Source: Nitrospirota bacterium
GTDB taxonomy: Bacteria; Nitrospirota; UBA9217
DNA: 64,000 bases
Direction of reading: 5' to 3'
Assembly: GCA_963751455.1 (NCBI GenBank)
Contig: CAVVUN010000001.1
Location: forward strand, 256,001-320,000
Every line of letters starts with the position of its first letter. Positions within the stretch are counted from its first letter, which is position 1. Shown in pieces: positions 30,144 to 39,863 of the stretch. Made by a program: the position numbers and the translations under genes. The notes under the pieces are model-generated. The model had not been told where the DNA came from, ran no database searches, and worked only from the letters and a program-made list of their open reading frames with translations.

Positions 30144-31958
30144 ATGATTCATGAAATAAAACTGCACGGAAAAGCAAACGAAAAGCTGGATTATTACGTA
30201 ACGATCACCGGCGCGGACTTGAGCGGCAGGTATTTTTACGAATGCCTTCCCGATGGCGACCGTTTCTTCTCGGGCGGCAACGAGTTCGTGATCCAGCCTA
30301 CCGGCGTCCGTTATATGGGAACGGGCGGGAGCCTGTGCGAATACATGTTCGGCGTCGATCTTCCTCTGAAGGACCTTCTCAGAAAAGATGTTTCCAACCG
30401 GCTCGTGATGTACGGCGCATTCTACGATAAGACGGACAATATAACGTTTACAAACAACACGACGGGAGGCGAGTCCTACGATCAGCTGTTCCTTTCCGGC
30501 AACGCCGTTTCGAACTATTATTTCTTCATCCATGCCGGTCAGAAAACGGAAATCAGGGACATGCAGCTGGAAATCATCAAGTCGATCGGCAAACAGATCA
30601 AGCGCAGCGAAACCGTCGGGACCGGCGACGACAGCCTTCTCTGCCGGGAAATCTTCGACACGCTCGGCGATACAAAGGCGCTCGTGTTCCTGTTCAGGCT
30701 GGTAAACCGCCATAACGAGGAGTACTTCCGCACATTCAACCGTCTCTATGCGGAGCAAAAAACGGTCGGTGGAAGTCCTGTTCTGGATACCCTTGCCCAG
30801 AACTATAAAATCATTCCCTACCAGCAGGAGCGCATCAAGATTGACGGAATGTACAAGCTCCCCGAAAACAAGAAGGTGGTCGATGAATACAAGGATATCC
30901 TGATAACGGTGTCCGAAAAGGGTGATGTGACTCCCTCCGAACTCGCGAAGCTGTCTCGGCTGCGCACACTCAGCCTGCGTCTCAACATCCCGCATACGCT
31001 GTTTGACACGCTCGACGAGCTTCTGTTGAAGGACATGCATATTGTGGAGGTCGAGGAACCGGACTACATCAGGGAGACTCGCGCCATCTTCGAAGGACTT
31101 TTCTTCCAAGCCGACAAGATCAGAGGCCACCTCTCAACCGAAGACCTCATAAAGCTTTTGAAAGCAAAGCAGAAATCGACGACGCATCGCGACCCGGCGT
31201 TCGAAAGTCTGCTCCTGGATACAGTTCGTGCCTGCGATGAAAACGCGAGGGACACCAACGACATGACCGTTCTCGAGACCATGAGCCGCATCCTCACGTA
31301 TTTCGACCGTTACGACAGTTCGGCCACGTCGATCAACAGCCTTGCCTTTATGGAGAATTCGGCATTGACTGAAGACAATATCAGGAGCCTGTCAGGCAAT
31401 AAGGAAATCTTCGACAAGATCGACGGCAGTCTTTTCCTTGAGCTGTTCATAACCAGCCTCCTGGAAAACCAGTACCTGACCCGGTATGGGCGAAAAAAGA
31501 TAGAGATGCTGAGCCGGGGCCTCCTGGATATCAAAAGCGGCGATTCCACGTACCGGGAACTCTCCGCCGCGCTCAGCAAGATAAACGAGGAAGACAAGCT
31601 CTATACGAGCATCCATCGCTATATTAAAACACGCTTCAAGAGCTTCTACGCCGAATTGAACTCCAAGGAAGACCAGGAGATCTTTATCCAGGACCTGAAC
31701 AGGGAGATACAGTCGAAAGGCATCGTTCAGGGCCCGGTGCCGCACACTGTTTTCGAGGAGATCATCCTGGACATCAGGAAAGAGTCCTTCTATCTGAACA
31801 ATCTGTTGCCGCATATCATCGTTTCCCGGGACAGCCGCGTTCGCGAAGACTTCCTGGTGAACAGCGGACTCGACCGCTTCTACGTTGAGGAACTTGAAAA
31901 AGACTACTTCGAGATGAACCGGATCGAACAAGATGTCCTTGAGGAGATCAGGAAGTAA
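30144..31958 (+). CDS. Conserved hypothetical protein upstream of lptF (recalled as TIGR04442-like)
   Basis: Long ORF coupled to lptF (TAATG); family name from memory, not verified. Confidence 0.6.
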   Translation: MIHEIKLHGKANEKLDYYVTITGADLSGRYFYECLPDGDRFFSGGNEFVIQPTGVRYMGTGGSLCEYMFGVDLPLKDLLRKDVSNRLVMYGAFYDKTDNITFTNNTTGGESYDQLFLSGNAVSNYYFFIHAGQKTEIRDMQLEIIKSIGKQIKRSETVGTGDDSLLCREIFDTLGDTKALVFLFRLVNRHNEEYFRTFNRLYAEQKTVGGSPVLDTLAQNYKIIPYQQERIKIDGMYKLPENKKVVDEYKDILITVSEKGDVTPSELAKLSRLRTLSLRLNIPHTLFDTLDELLLKDMHIVEVEEPDYIRETRAIFEGLFFQADKIRGHLSTEDLIKLLKAKQKSTTHRDPAFESLLLDTVRACDENARDTNDMTVLETMSRILTYFDRYDSSATSINSLAFMENSALTEDNIRSLSGNKEIFDKIDGSLFLELFITSLLENQYLTRYGRKKIEMLSRGLLDIKSGDSTYRELSAALSKINEEDKLYTSIHRYIKTRFKSFYAELNSKEDQEIFIQDLNREIQSKGIVQGPVPHTVFEEIILDIRKESFYLNNLLPHIIVSRDSRVREDFLVNSGLDRFYVEELEKDYFEMNRIEQDVLEEIRK

Positions 31959-33133
31959 TGTGCAGAGTCCGGATACTGGACCGATACCTCTTCCTGGAGA
32001 TCGTAACGCCTTTTTTCCTCAGTCTGGGGGCTCTCACTCTCGTTCTGTTCCTGCAGAAAATGTTCAGGCTGGCCGAACTGATCGTATCCAAGGGAGCAAC
32101 CGTATGGTCGAGCGCCAAACTGCTTCTCTACATCCTGCCCAGTTTCCTGGTGCTCACCATTCCCATGTCGCTGCTCGTGGGCACCTTGACCGCCTTCACC
32201 CGGCTCTGCTCGGATTCTGAAGTTACGGCCATGAAAGCCTCCAGGGTCAGCCTGTATGAAATGATCCGCCCGGTCATGCTGTTCGCTGTCTTCGCCTTTC
32301 TGATTACAGCCTCAACCTCGCTGATCATCGCTCCTGGCGCAAACCATGCCCTTAAGATCCATTTGTTCGAGCTTGTAAAATCTCGCGCCATGATCGGCAT
32401 CGAACCGGGAATCTTCGGCAGCACGTTCGACGGAATGGTGATTTACGTCGACAAAATGAATTCCCTCGACGACATGCGCGGCATTTTTATCTCCGATGAG
32501 CGGTCCGCCAGGGAGCCCTATGCCATCGTCGCCCAGACCGGAAAGCTTATCGCCGACCCGGACTCGCTCAACATGACCCTCTCCATGAAGCAGGGTGAGA
32601 TCCACGCGAATCCCCGGGACGAGCAATCGTACTCGCTCATGGGGTTCACTGCGGGGAATTTATACCTTGATATCAGTCAGGCGCTTATTCAGAAGGGGCC
32701 TTCCGACCGTAACCTGAACGAGATCGGGAGCCTTGAATTGTATCGCGACGTGAGAAAGGCCCGTGCGGAAAAGAAGCGCGCCATCAAACTTGAAAGTGAA
32801 CTGCATAAGCGGGTATCGATTCCGTTCGCGTGCCTGCTCTTCGGGCTTATCGGAGCTCCTCTCGGGATCAGACGGACCCGTTCGGGAAAGTCCGCCGGCA
32901 TCAGTATCGCCCTGCTCGTTTTCCTGCTCTACTATATGCTCCTTGCCGCCGGCACAAACCTTTCGGATAACGGCAAGCTCCCTCCGGCGGTCGCGTACTG
33001 GATGCCGAACGCTGTCATGACGGCCGGGGCGGTCCTCCTGGTTCTAAAAAAGGGCCGGGAAATTGATTTTAAAATTATTGCCTCTCTCAGGAATGTATTT
33101 AAACGAAGCGGCATAAAGAAGAACATCGGGTAA
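31958..33133 (+). CDS. lptF: LPS export ABC permease LptF
   Basis: RILDRY, LTIPMSLL, DSEVTAMKAS, ELHKRVSIPF. Confidence 0.88.
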   Translation: MCRVRILDRYLFLEIVTPFFLSLGALTLVLFLQKMFRLAELIVSKGATVWSSAKLLLYILPSFLVLTIPMSLLVGTLTAFTRLCSDSEVTAMKASRVSLYEMIRPVMLFAVFAFLITASTSLIIAPGANHALKIHLFELVKSRAMIGIEPGIFGSTFDGMVIYVDKMNSLDDMRGIFISDERSAREPYAIVAQTGKLIADPDSLNMTLSMKQGEIHANPRDEQSYSLMGFTAGNLYLDISQALIQKGPSDRNLNEIGSLELYRDVRKARAEKKRAIKLESELHKRVSIPFACLLFGLIGAPLGIRRTRSGKSAGISIALLVFLLYYMLLAAGTNLSDNGKLPPAVAYWMPNAVMTAGAVLLVLKKGREIDFKIIASLRNVFKRSGIKKNIG

Positions 33134-33140
33134 AACTGCC

Positions 33141-34226
33141 ATGAAGATAATCAGCAGACACATTTTTAACGAATTCATCCGCATTTTTTTTATAGTGCTG
33201 CTCGGCATCCTGACGGTCTACCTCTGTATAGACTTTCTTCAACGGGCTGACGAGTTCATCAGTTTCAAAGCGTCGATGTTCCAGATCTCTGCCTATTTTC
33301 TCTACAGCGTTCCGGCGATGGCCTCGTCCTCTCTGCCGATTGCGTCGCTTGTTGCGACCCTCCTGTCGCTCGGAAACCTGTCCCGGCACAACGAGATCAT
33401 AGCAATGCGCGCAAGCGGGGTCAGCCTCACAAAGATTATCACGCCCGTCCTCGCCGGCGGGCTTCTCGTATCGGTCGCTGCATTCATCAATAACGAATTT
33501 ATCATGCCCAGGTATACCATGCGCGCAAACTTCATCAGGAACGTCGAAATCGAAAAGAAACAGCAGCGGGTTGTCTTCCAGCAGCGCAAGCTTTGGCTCC
33601 GCGGTCCGGAGAACAGCATCGCAAATATAGAACTGGTTTCTCCCGACCGGAACGAATTGATCGGCATCAATATTTTCAAGTTGAATCCCGATTATACGAT
33701 ACGCGAACGAATCACGGCAAAAAGCCTGCTGTGGGAGAACGGAGCCTGGCGTCTCAAGAACAGCCGTAAATACATGTTTAAGAATAATGAAGTCGAGACC
33801 GCGACGGGTGATGGTGAAACCTACAATGTCGTAGACAGTCCGCAGGACCTCGGCATGATCGCGAAAAGCTCCGGGGAGATGAACTTCATGGAGTTGTTCG
33901 ACTATGTCAGACGGCTCAAGATGAGCGGGTACAAGGCAGCGCGCTACGAGGTGGACCTCTACAATAAACTGGCATTCCCCCTTTCTAGTCTGCTGATGGT
34001 CCTTATCGCGACCCCGCTTTCGCTCCAGAAGGTAAGGAGCGGAGGCTTCGGCAAAGGAATTGCGATCGCGATCCTGATCGCCTTCGTCTATTGGGCGCTT
34101 ATGAGCGCCGGTACTGCGCTTGGTCGTTCGGGCGCGCTTCCCCCTTTCCAGGCAGCGTGGCTCGCCGACGTCCTGTTTGGTTCTTCTGCGTTCTATATTC
34201 TGTACCGGATGCAGAAAAGTGATTAG
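33141..34226 (+). CDS. lptG: LPS export ABC permease LptG
   Basis: NEIIAMRASGVS, KLAFPL, follows lptF. Confidence 0.88.
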   Translation: MKIISRHIFNEFIRIFFIVLLGILTVYLCIDFLQRADEFISFKASMFQISAYFLYSVPAMASSSLPIASLVATLLSLGNLSRHNEIIAMRASGVSLTKIITPVLAGGLLVSVAAFINNEFIMPRYTMRANFIRNVEIEKKQQRVVFQQRKLWLRGPENSIANIELVSPDRNELIGINIFKLNPDYTIRERITAKSLLWENGAWRLKNSRKYMFKNNEVETATGDGETYNVVDSPQDLGMIAKSSGEMNFMELFDYVRRLKMSGYKAARYEVDLYNKLAFPLSSLLMVLIATPLSLQKVRSGGFGKGIAIAILIAFVYWALMSAGTALGRSGALPPFQAAWLADVLFGSSAFYILYRMQKSD

Positions 34227-34281
34227 CGGTCTCATACGTAGAACGGACATCCCCATAACGTTTTTAAACTATCCTCCAAAG

Positions 34282-34336
34282 CGTCATTCCGGGCTTGACC
34301 CGGAATCCAGTCGCTTTTTGGTTATATCCTGGATTC
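34282..34336. repeat. CGTC-type REP doublet (dRS3-like)
   Basis: CGTCATTCCgggcttgacccGGAATCCAG...CTGGATTCCtgctttcgcaGGAATGACG. Confidence 0.75.
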
Positions 34337-34485
34337 CTGCTTTCGCAGGAATGACGAGCTAGAGGGTACAGACTATTATAAGACCATTGATAAGTCCTTG
34401 AGCCCCCTCTTTCGTCTCTCGTAAAGAAGGGTACAACGAGCCTGAGATCTTCTCCTGTTCCTCAATGCAGAGGCTTTATATTACT

Positions 34486-34845
34486 ATGACTAAAATGTTT
34501 TTCTCACAGCGAATTCTCGATTCCCTGACCGGCGAAAATAAAATCAGGCTTGACGGAAATATCATTACCCTGCTGACGCCGGACATGCCTTCATTCGAAC
34601 TCGAACCCGCCTACCGGATAATCAGAACGGCGGACAACGGTCCGGACCCGCACGGCCTGGTCGACAAGATAAAATACGAGAAGGAGCTGAAGGCGATCAA
34701 CGCCGAACTCTATCTGGACTCGTTGATCTTCGGGGATACGGCCTATCAAGTGGAACCGGGCTTCATCGGAGAACAAAAGGAGCTGATCGACAAGTTGTCC
34801 GACACAGAGCTGCTGACCCGGTTTCTGCTGGATTCCCTGCTGTAG
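34486..34845 (+). CDS. Hypothetical protein
   Basis: Clean ORF with host-like codon usage. Confidence 0.65.
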   Translation: MTKMFFSQRILDSLTGENKIRLDGNIITLLTPDMPSFELEPAYRIIRTADNGPDPHGLVDKIKYEKELKAINAELYLDSLIFGDTAYQVEPGFIGEQKELIDKLSDTELLTRFLLDSLL

Positions 34846-34850
34846 GAATC

Positions 34851-34940
34851 TATGGCATAGCGCATAGCGCAAAGAGCATAGCATTCAAACAAAGACTTAG
34901 TCCTGCGCCATGCACCATGCGCCATGCACCATGCCCTATG
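34851..34940. repeat. Palindromic GCATAGC/GCATGGC heptamer family (also 37885-37975, 13978-14042)
   Basis: gcatagc gcatagc gcaaaga gcatagc - aacaaagactt - gcgccat gcaccat gcgccat; spacer shared with 37885 copy. Confidence 0.75.
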
Positions 34941-34985
34941 CAGCATGCGGCGTTGTCCGGGTCAGGCAGTAAGGGGTCTTCAAAC

Positions 34986-35663
34986 ATGCTCAAGCGATTC
35001 ATCAAAATTCTGACAGGCCTCCTGTTCCTCCCCTTATGCCTCGGTTTTACCTGGCACTTCGGCGCAATGGTCTTCAGCATCGCGTATAAACCGCAGCTGC
35101 CGTACTATTTTTTGGCGGGCGGGCTGACCTATCTTACCGCGCACGTTCTCTTCAGGAAACCGATCCTTGCCTACGTTTTCGGACACGAATTGACTCACGC
35201 CCTTTTCGCCATGATCTTCGGCGGAAGCGTTACATCATTCCATGCCAGCGATCGCGGGGGACGGGTGACGATCACGAAATCAAACTTCCTCATCACGCTG
35301 GCCCCGTATTTTTTCCCGTTCTACACGTTCATCGCACTAATCCTGTATGCGCTCGCCATAGTTACTGAAGCGCGCGGGGCGGCAGGGTCGATCATCTTTA
35401 TCTCGGGCGCCACGTTTTCATTCCATATCGTTTTAACTCTGGTCTTTCTGCAGACCGATCAAACCGACATCAGGGAGCAGGGAGCATTTTTTTCCTTCCC
35501 GCTGATCTACCTCTTCAACATCGTGTTCGCGGCATTTCTCATCCAGCTGCTGCTCGCCGAAAATCCGGGTTTCCTCGCTTTTATGGCAGGTGGTATAATA
35601 AAAAGCGTGCGCATGGTCTACTTTTTCTTGAGTGAAGTCTACGCTATTATCAACCGGTATTAG
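34986..35663 (+). CDS. M50B-like membrane metallopeptidase
   Basis: HELTH in TM context, ITLAPYF. Confidence 0.6.
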   Translation: MLKRFIKILTGLLFLPLCLGFTWHFGAMVFSIAYKPQLPYYFLAGGLTYLTAHVLFRKPILAYVFGHELTHALFAMIFGGSVTSFHASDRGGRVTITKSNFLITLAPYFFPFYTFIALILYALAIVTEARGAAGSIIFISGATFSFHIVLTLVFLQTDQTDIREQGAFFSFPLIYLFNIVFAAFLIQLLLAENPGFLAFMAGGIIKSVRMVYFFLSEVYAIINRY

Positions 35664-35688
35664 CGCCCCGGAGGACGGACGGCACCCT

Positions 35689-36303
35689 ATGCTCATAATC
35701 GGATTAACCGGCGGCATCGCAAGCGGAAAGAGCCTTGTTGCCCGCGTTTTCAAGGACCTGGGAGCGCATCTCATCGATGCCGATAAGATAGTCCATGGCC
35801 TGCTCGAGCCCGGGCAGAGCTCCTTTGAAGAGATTGTGGGCCATTTTGGCCCCGGAATACAGAACCCCGATAAGTCAATCGACCGCAGGAAGCTTGGGGA
35901 GATAATATTCAACAACCCCGAGGGGCGGATATGGCTCAATCAGTGCCTGCATCCAAGGGTCTTTGAGGCATATTCCGCACAGGTGAAACACATACGCGAA
36001 AGACAACCGGACGCGATAATCGTGCTGGATGCGGCCCTCATGATCGAGACAGGGTATCATAAGAAAATGGACAAGCTGGTCGTGGTTTTCGCGGATGAAG
36101 AACAACAGTTGAAGCGCCTTATGGAGCGAGACGGGCTCAACCGGGAACAGGCGCTTGCCAGGATACGGAGCCAGATGCCGCTGTCTGATAAACGAATGCA
36201 TGCGGACTACGTGATAGACAATCGCGGAAGCCGTGAAAACGCCGAATGCATGGCCAGGACTGTCTTTACAGAACTGAAAAGCGTAGCCGGAAAAGAGGAT
36301 TGA
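35689..36303 (+). CDS. coaE: Dephospho-CoA kinase
   Basis: IGLTGGIASGKS, IDAD, DRRKLG, RIRSQM. Confidence 0.95.
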   Translation: MLIIGLTGGIASGKSLVARVFKDLGAHLIDADKIVHGLLEPGQSSFEEIVGHFGPGIQNPDKSIDRRKLGEIIFNNPEGRIWLNQCLHPRVFEAYSAQVKHIRERQPDAIIVLDAALMIETGYHKKMDKLVVVFADEEQQLKRLMERDGLNREQALARIRSQMPLSDKRMHADYVIDNRGSRENAECMARTVFTELKSVAGKED

Positions 36304-36773
36304 GAGTGCCTGCCCTGAAGATGGCGCTTATGACAAAAGCGCATATCCCGGAATGCGAGGCTATCGTTGCCGGATCAGAGCCCTGGAAACGCCTGAATGA
36401 GGGGATAGATTTCCGGGGCATCATCGCGGCGAACAGAACGCACACGTCCGCGTATGTCTGCCTTGCTGATGGGAAACCTGCCGGTTTCATTTTATTCATA
36501 CCGGAACCCGTGTTCGCCCGGGGCGGATATCTCCGCGCAATTGCGGTTTCACCATCGTTCCGGGTAACGGGGATCGGGACCATGATGCTCTCATTCGCCG
36601 AAAAGAAGACCGCACGAAAGGCGTCGCACTTATTTCTCTGCGTTTCATCCTTTAACCGCCGGGCGCATCTGTTTTACGAAAAACGCGGCTACACCAGGGT
36701 GGGAAGGCTGCCCGGCATCATCATGCCCGGCGCCTCGGAATTTATCTATTGGAAACGACTAGCAGGCTGTTGA
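36300..36773 (+). CDS. GNAT-family acetyltransferase
   Basis: IAVSPSFRVTGIG acetyl-CoA motif, N..A..FYEKRGY; start uncertain (TTG 36300 or ATG 36321). Confidence 0.8.
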   Translation: MRVPALKMALMTKAHIPECEAIVAGSEPWKRLNEGIDFRGIIAANRTHTSAYVCLADGKPAGFILFIPEPVFARGGYLRAIAVSPSFRVTGIGTMMLSFAEKKTARKASHLFLCVSSFNRRAHLFYEKRGYTRVGRLPGIIMPGASEFIYWKRLAGC

Positions 36774-36896
36774 AAAAGGTCTCAAAACGTCAAAACGCAC
36801 CCTAAAGGGTGCGGCTACCAATTATAATATCAATGCGTTACGATTTGGTAGTCGCAGGCTTTAGCCTGCGTAATTAGTTTTTCAACAGCCTGCTAG
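36759..36896. mobile_element. MITE family B (CTAG-bounded, REP pair inside)
   Basis: Perfect 19-bp TIR CTAGCAGGCTGTTGAAAAA...TTTTTCAACAGCCTGCTAG. Confidence 0.85.
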
Positions 36897-37172
36897 TGTA
36901 CTGTAAAACTAATTCTTGATTGTATTGCACCTTTAGCCGGGTCCAGTAGTCAGTTACAAATCGAATTCCTCTCAAAACGGCAGGAACATTTACCGCGAAG
37001 TCGCGAGGAACGCGAGGAAAGCGAAATTCCCGTAATATGCCACAGGATAGTATTGCCTTCCTGGCGACCTTTGCGCCCTCGCGGTTCAATCTTTTTAGTT
37101 CCGGCTTGTTGGCTTAAAGCACACCGTAATGACGTCGTGGAACTATTAACAACTAGGTTTACGTTGTACTAG
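36893..37172. mobile_element. Degenerate CTAG-bounded element abutting MITE B
   Basis: Imperfect TIR ctagtgtactgtaaaactaatt / aactaggtttacgttgtactag, with a nested CGCGAAG palindromic repeat. Confidence 0.45.
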
Positions 37173-37206
37173 GAGCTCAAATCGGAAAACGAGGGGGCAG
37201 GAAACC

Positions 37207-37884
37207 GTGAATGCGAAAATACTGAAGAAGATAGAGCTGTTCAAGAACCTTTCTGATGACGAGCTTAAGGAATTGGAGCCGTATCTGCTTAACGCGACAT
37301 ACCAGAAAAAAGAGGATATATTTTCTGAAGGAGATCAGCCTGAATGGTTTTATATTGTTTCGAGGGGCAAGGTTAAAATCACCAAGATATCCGCTGACGG
37401 GAAGGAGATAATTCTGGAGATCATATCGCCTACAGATATTTTCGGAGGTGTGGCGGTCATCCGCGGTTTCCCCTATCCGGCCAATGCAGTGGCGATGGAA
37501 GAGTCGGAAGTCCTCAAAATCAGCCGCAAGAACCTGATGCGCCTGGTCGACCGTTTCCCGAACCTGATGTACTGCATCGCCCTTCAGCTCGGAGACCGCA
37601 TGAAAAGCTCCTACGAGTCCCTGAAAAACATAGCCCTTGAAAGGGTCGAAGCACGGATCGCGGCGCTGCTCCTGAAGCTCTCAACCAAGGTGGGCGTAGA
37701 GACCCGGGAAGGCCTCCTCATCGATATGCGGCTCACAAAGCAGGACGTCGCGGACATGGTTGGCACCACGGTCGAGACCTCGATCAGGACCTTCAGCAAG
37801 TTTAAGAAAGAAGGCCTGCTGACCGATACAGACGGCAAATTTCTGATCAAGGACCGGAAAGGGCTGGCTGAGCTTTCGTCTTAA
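37207..37884 (+). CDS. Crp/Fnr-family transcriptional regulator (HcpR/Dnr-like)
   Basis: cNMP domain, YPANAVA, HTH LTKQDVADMVGTTVETSIR; no FNR Cys cluster. Confidence 0.92.
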   Translation: MNAKILKKIELFKNLSDDELKELEPYLLNATYQKKEDIFSEGDQPEWFYIVSRGKVKITKISADGKEIILEIISPTDIFGGVAVIRGFPYPANAVAMEESEVLKISRKNLMRLVDRFPNLMYCIALQLGDRMKSSYESLKNIALERVEARIAALLLKLSTKVGVETREGLLIDMRLTKQDVADMVGTTVETSIRTFSKFKKEGLLTDTDGKFLIKDRKGLAELSS

Positions 37885-37977
37885 AGAGCCGCATAGAGCA
37901 TAGCGCAAAGCGCATAGCGTTCGAACAAAGACTTTACAGTGCTGCGCCATGCCCTATGCTCCATGCGCTATGCGAAC

Positions 37978-38391
37978 CTAATGCGCCGGCTCGTGCTTTG
38001 TCAACAGCGTCATCAGCATATTGTAAAAGAAAAGAAAGACGGTAAAAGCCTGGATTATGCCGAACGCCACGGTTAATATACCGAATGTTCCGCTCGGGCT
38101 GAATGCATTTATGGAATAGAAAATCATGAGCAGCGCGAGCGAGATATTAGACAGGTAAAATTGCACCTCTCCAAGCCTGGCACTGTAAACCGGTCTGCCC
38201 ATAAAGCGCGGCAGAATGTGGTAGCCGACGCCGTAGATCATCATCGATACCCATCCGAGCATATTGAGGTGGGAATGCACAAATTTGAGCGCCGTCAGGT
38301 GGGGGGATGCAAGCATGCCGATTCCCATAATCGTCGAGATGCCAAGATACACAATGCTCATAACAATAAAACCCTTCACAAACCTGTCCAT
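37978..38391 (-). CDS. Small 4-TM protein resembling part of heme-copper oxidase subunit I
   Basis: HSHLNMLGWV and GYHILPRF motifs. Confidence 0.6.
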   Translation of the reverse strand: MDRFVKGFIVMSIVYLGISTIMGIGMLASPHLTALKFVHSHLNMLGWVSMMIYGVGYHILPRFMGRPVYSARLGEVQFYLSNISLALLMIFYSINAFSPSGTFGILTVAFGIIQAFTVFLFFYNMLMTLLTKHEPAH

Positions 38392-38449
38392 ATCATTCCC
38401 TCCTCTATTTTAAGATATCACTATTATAGACAAAGTGAAGCGGCAGCGT

Positions 38450-38499
38450 TATGATATCCCTCATATAGGATAAAAAAGAGAAGTATGACGCAGGTCATA
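38450..38499. promoter_or_regulatory. Two Crp/Fnr-type boxes in a divergent promoter
   Basis: TATGA-tatccc-TCATA (38450-38465) and TATGA-cgcagg-TCATA (38484-38499). Confidence 0.65.
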
Positions 38500-38544
38500 A
38501 TGCGGTTTTAATATTTGTGTTAAAGTAACATCAAGACTGAATGA

Positions 38545-38592
38545 CCCCCTCACCCCACCCTCTCCCCTCTGGGGAGAGGATAAAGGTGAGGG
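38545..38592. repeat. CCCTCACCC...GGGAGAGG palindromic repeat (related copy 15517-15563)
   Basis: cccctcaccccaccctctcccctctggggagaggataaaggtgagggg. Confidence 0.65.
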
Positions 38593-38612
38593 GCAATATA
38601 AGGAGGCTTGCA

Positions 38613-38825
38613 ATGGTTACAGACAAAAAGAAAATAACGAAAGATGCGATCATCGGCGACGTGATAAAAATGAGCCCTGAAGCCAAGAAAGTGATCAAGA
38701 AATATTTCGGAAACGGGTGCTTTACCTGCGCGGGAATCAATATGGAATCCATCTCGTTCGGTTCTATGATGCACAACATGGACCCGAACAAGATCGTGGA
38801 CGAAATCAACGCACTGGAGGGATAA
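38613..38825 (+). CDS. DUF1858-domain protein
   Basis: ITKDAIIGDVI...P...GCFTC...ESI...H; AGGAGG RBS. Confidence 0.8.
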   Translation: MVTDKKKITKDAIIGDVIKMSPEAKKVIKKYFGNGCFTCAGINMESISFGSMMHNMDPNKIVDEINALEG

Positions 38826-38826
38826 T

Positions 38827-38964
38827 ATGGCCGGCAAAGAAATCAAATGCTTCGTATGCGGATCCGATGATGAAACCAGGACCTACCTGCCCTGCATTCA
38901 TGAAGGCAAGGAAAAAATAGTATGCACCAGGTGCCTTCCCATGCTGATCCATGGGGCGCACTGA
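38827..38964 (+). CDS. 45-aa CxxC...CxxC small metal-binding protein (below ORF track cutoff)
   Basis: MAGKEIKCFVCGSDDETRTYLPCIHEGKEKIVCTRCLPMLIHGAH; GGAGG RBS; starts 1 nt after the DUF1858 stop. Confidence 0.75.
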   Translation: MAGKEIKCFVCGSDDETRTYLPCIHEGKEKIVCTRCLPMLIHGAH

Positions 38965-39159
38965 TATCACGAGTGACGATGGATGTCCGCTCTCGAACTA
39001 CTTGATGGATGATGGACGACCGCTCACAGGCTCGCTAGGACGAAGGACGATTTTGCGTCCCTCGTCCCTCGTCTATCGTCTCTCGATTTTATCCGTCCCT
39101 CCTCCCTATGCTGCCTGAAACCTCTGGAATTTTTCTTCTGAGACTGGTAGACTGGCTCT

Positions 39160-39846
39160 ATGAAAACGGAACTCGCAATTGTACTTCTCAGCGGCGGCAT
39201 GGACAGCTGCGCAACGGCCGCACTGGCCGATCATGAATATCGTCTTGCCCTGCTTCACGTGAATTATGGACAAAGGACCGAAGCTCGTGAGCTCAAGGCC
39301 TTCAATGACATGGCTGACTTTTATAAGGCTGAAAAGCGCCTTTCCGTCAGTCTGGAACACTTGAAGGTTATCGGCGGCTCAAGCCTGACAGACGATAACA
39401 TGCCTGTGCCCGACGCTGTTCATTCCGCAATCCGCAATTCGAAATCCGCAATTCCAACAACCTACGTCCCCTTCCGCAACGCCCATCTTCTAGCGATAGC
39501 GACTTCGTGGGCAGAAGTTATTGGAGCGCATAAAATATTCATTGGCGCTGTAGAGGAAGACAGCTCCGGCTATCCAGACTGCCGTGAGATATTTTACAAG
39601 GCCTTTAACGAGGTCATCCAAACCGGAACGAAGCCGGAGACGCGCATTGAGATCATTACTCCTCTCATCCACCTGAAAAAATCAGAGATCGTGAGAAAAG
39701 GAACGGACCTGAAAGCACCCTTTCACCTCACCTGGAGCTGTTATCAGAACAGCGACAAAGCCTGCGGCAGATGCGAGAGCTGCGTGCTGAGGTTGAAAGG
39801 CTTTCGAGAAGCAGGAGTTGAAGACCCAATTCCATATAATACGTAA
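39160..39846 (+). CDS. queC: 7-cyano-7-deazaguanine synthase
   Basis: LSGGMDS, YGQR, TYVPFRN, GYPDCR, TWSCY...CGRCESC. Confidence 0.96.
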   Translation: MKTELAIVLLSGGMDSCATAALADHEYRLALLHVNYGQRTEARELKAFNDMADFYKAEKRLSVSLEHLKVIGGSSLTDDNMPVPDAVHSAIRNSKSAIPTTYVPFRNAHLLAIATSWAEVIGAHKIFIGAVEEDSSGYPDCREIFYKAFNEVIQTGTKPETRIEIITPLIHLKKSEIVRKGTDLKAPFHLTWSCYQNSDKACGRCESCVLRLKGFREAGVEDPIPYNT

Positions 39847-39863
39847 ATCAAAAAAGCTGTCTC

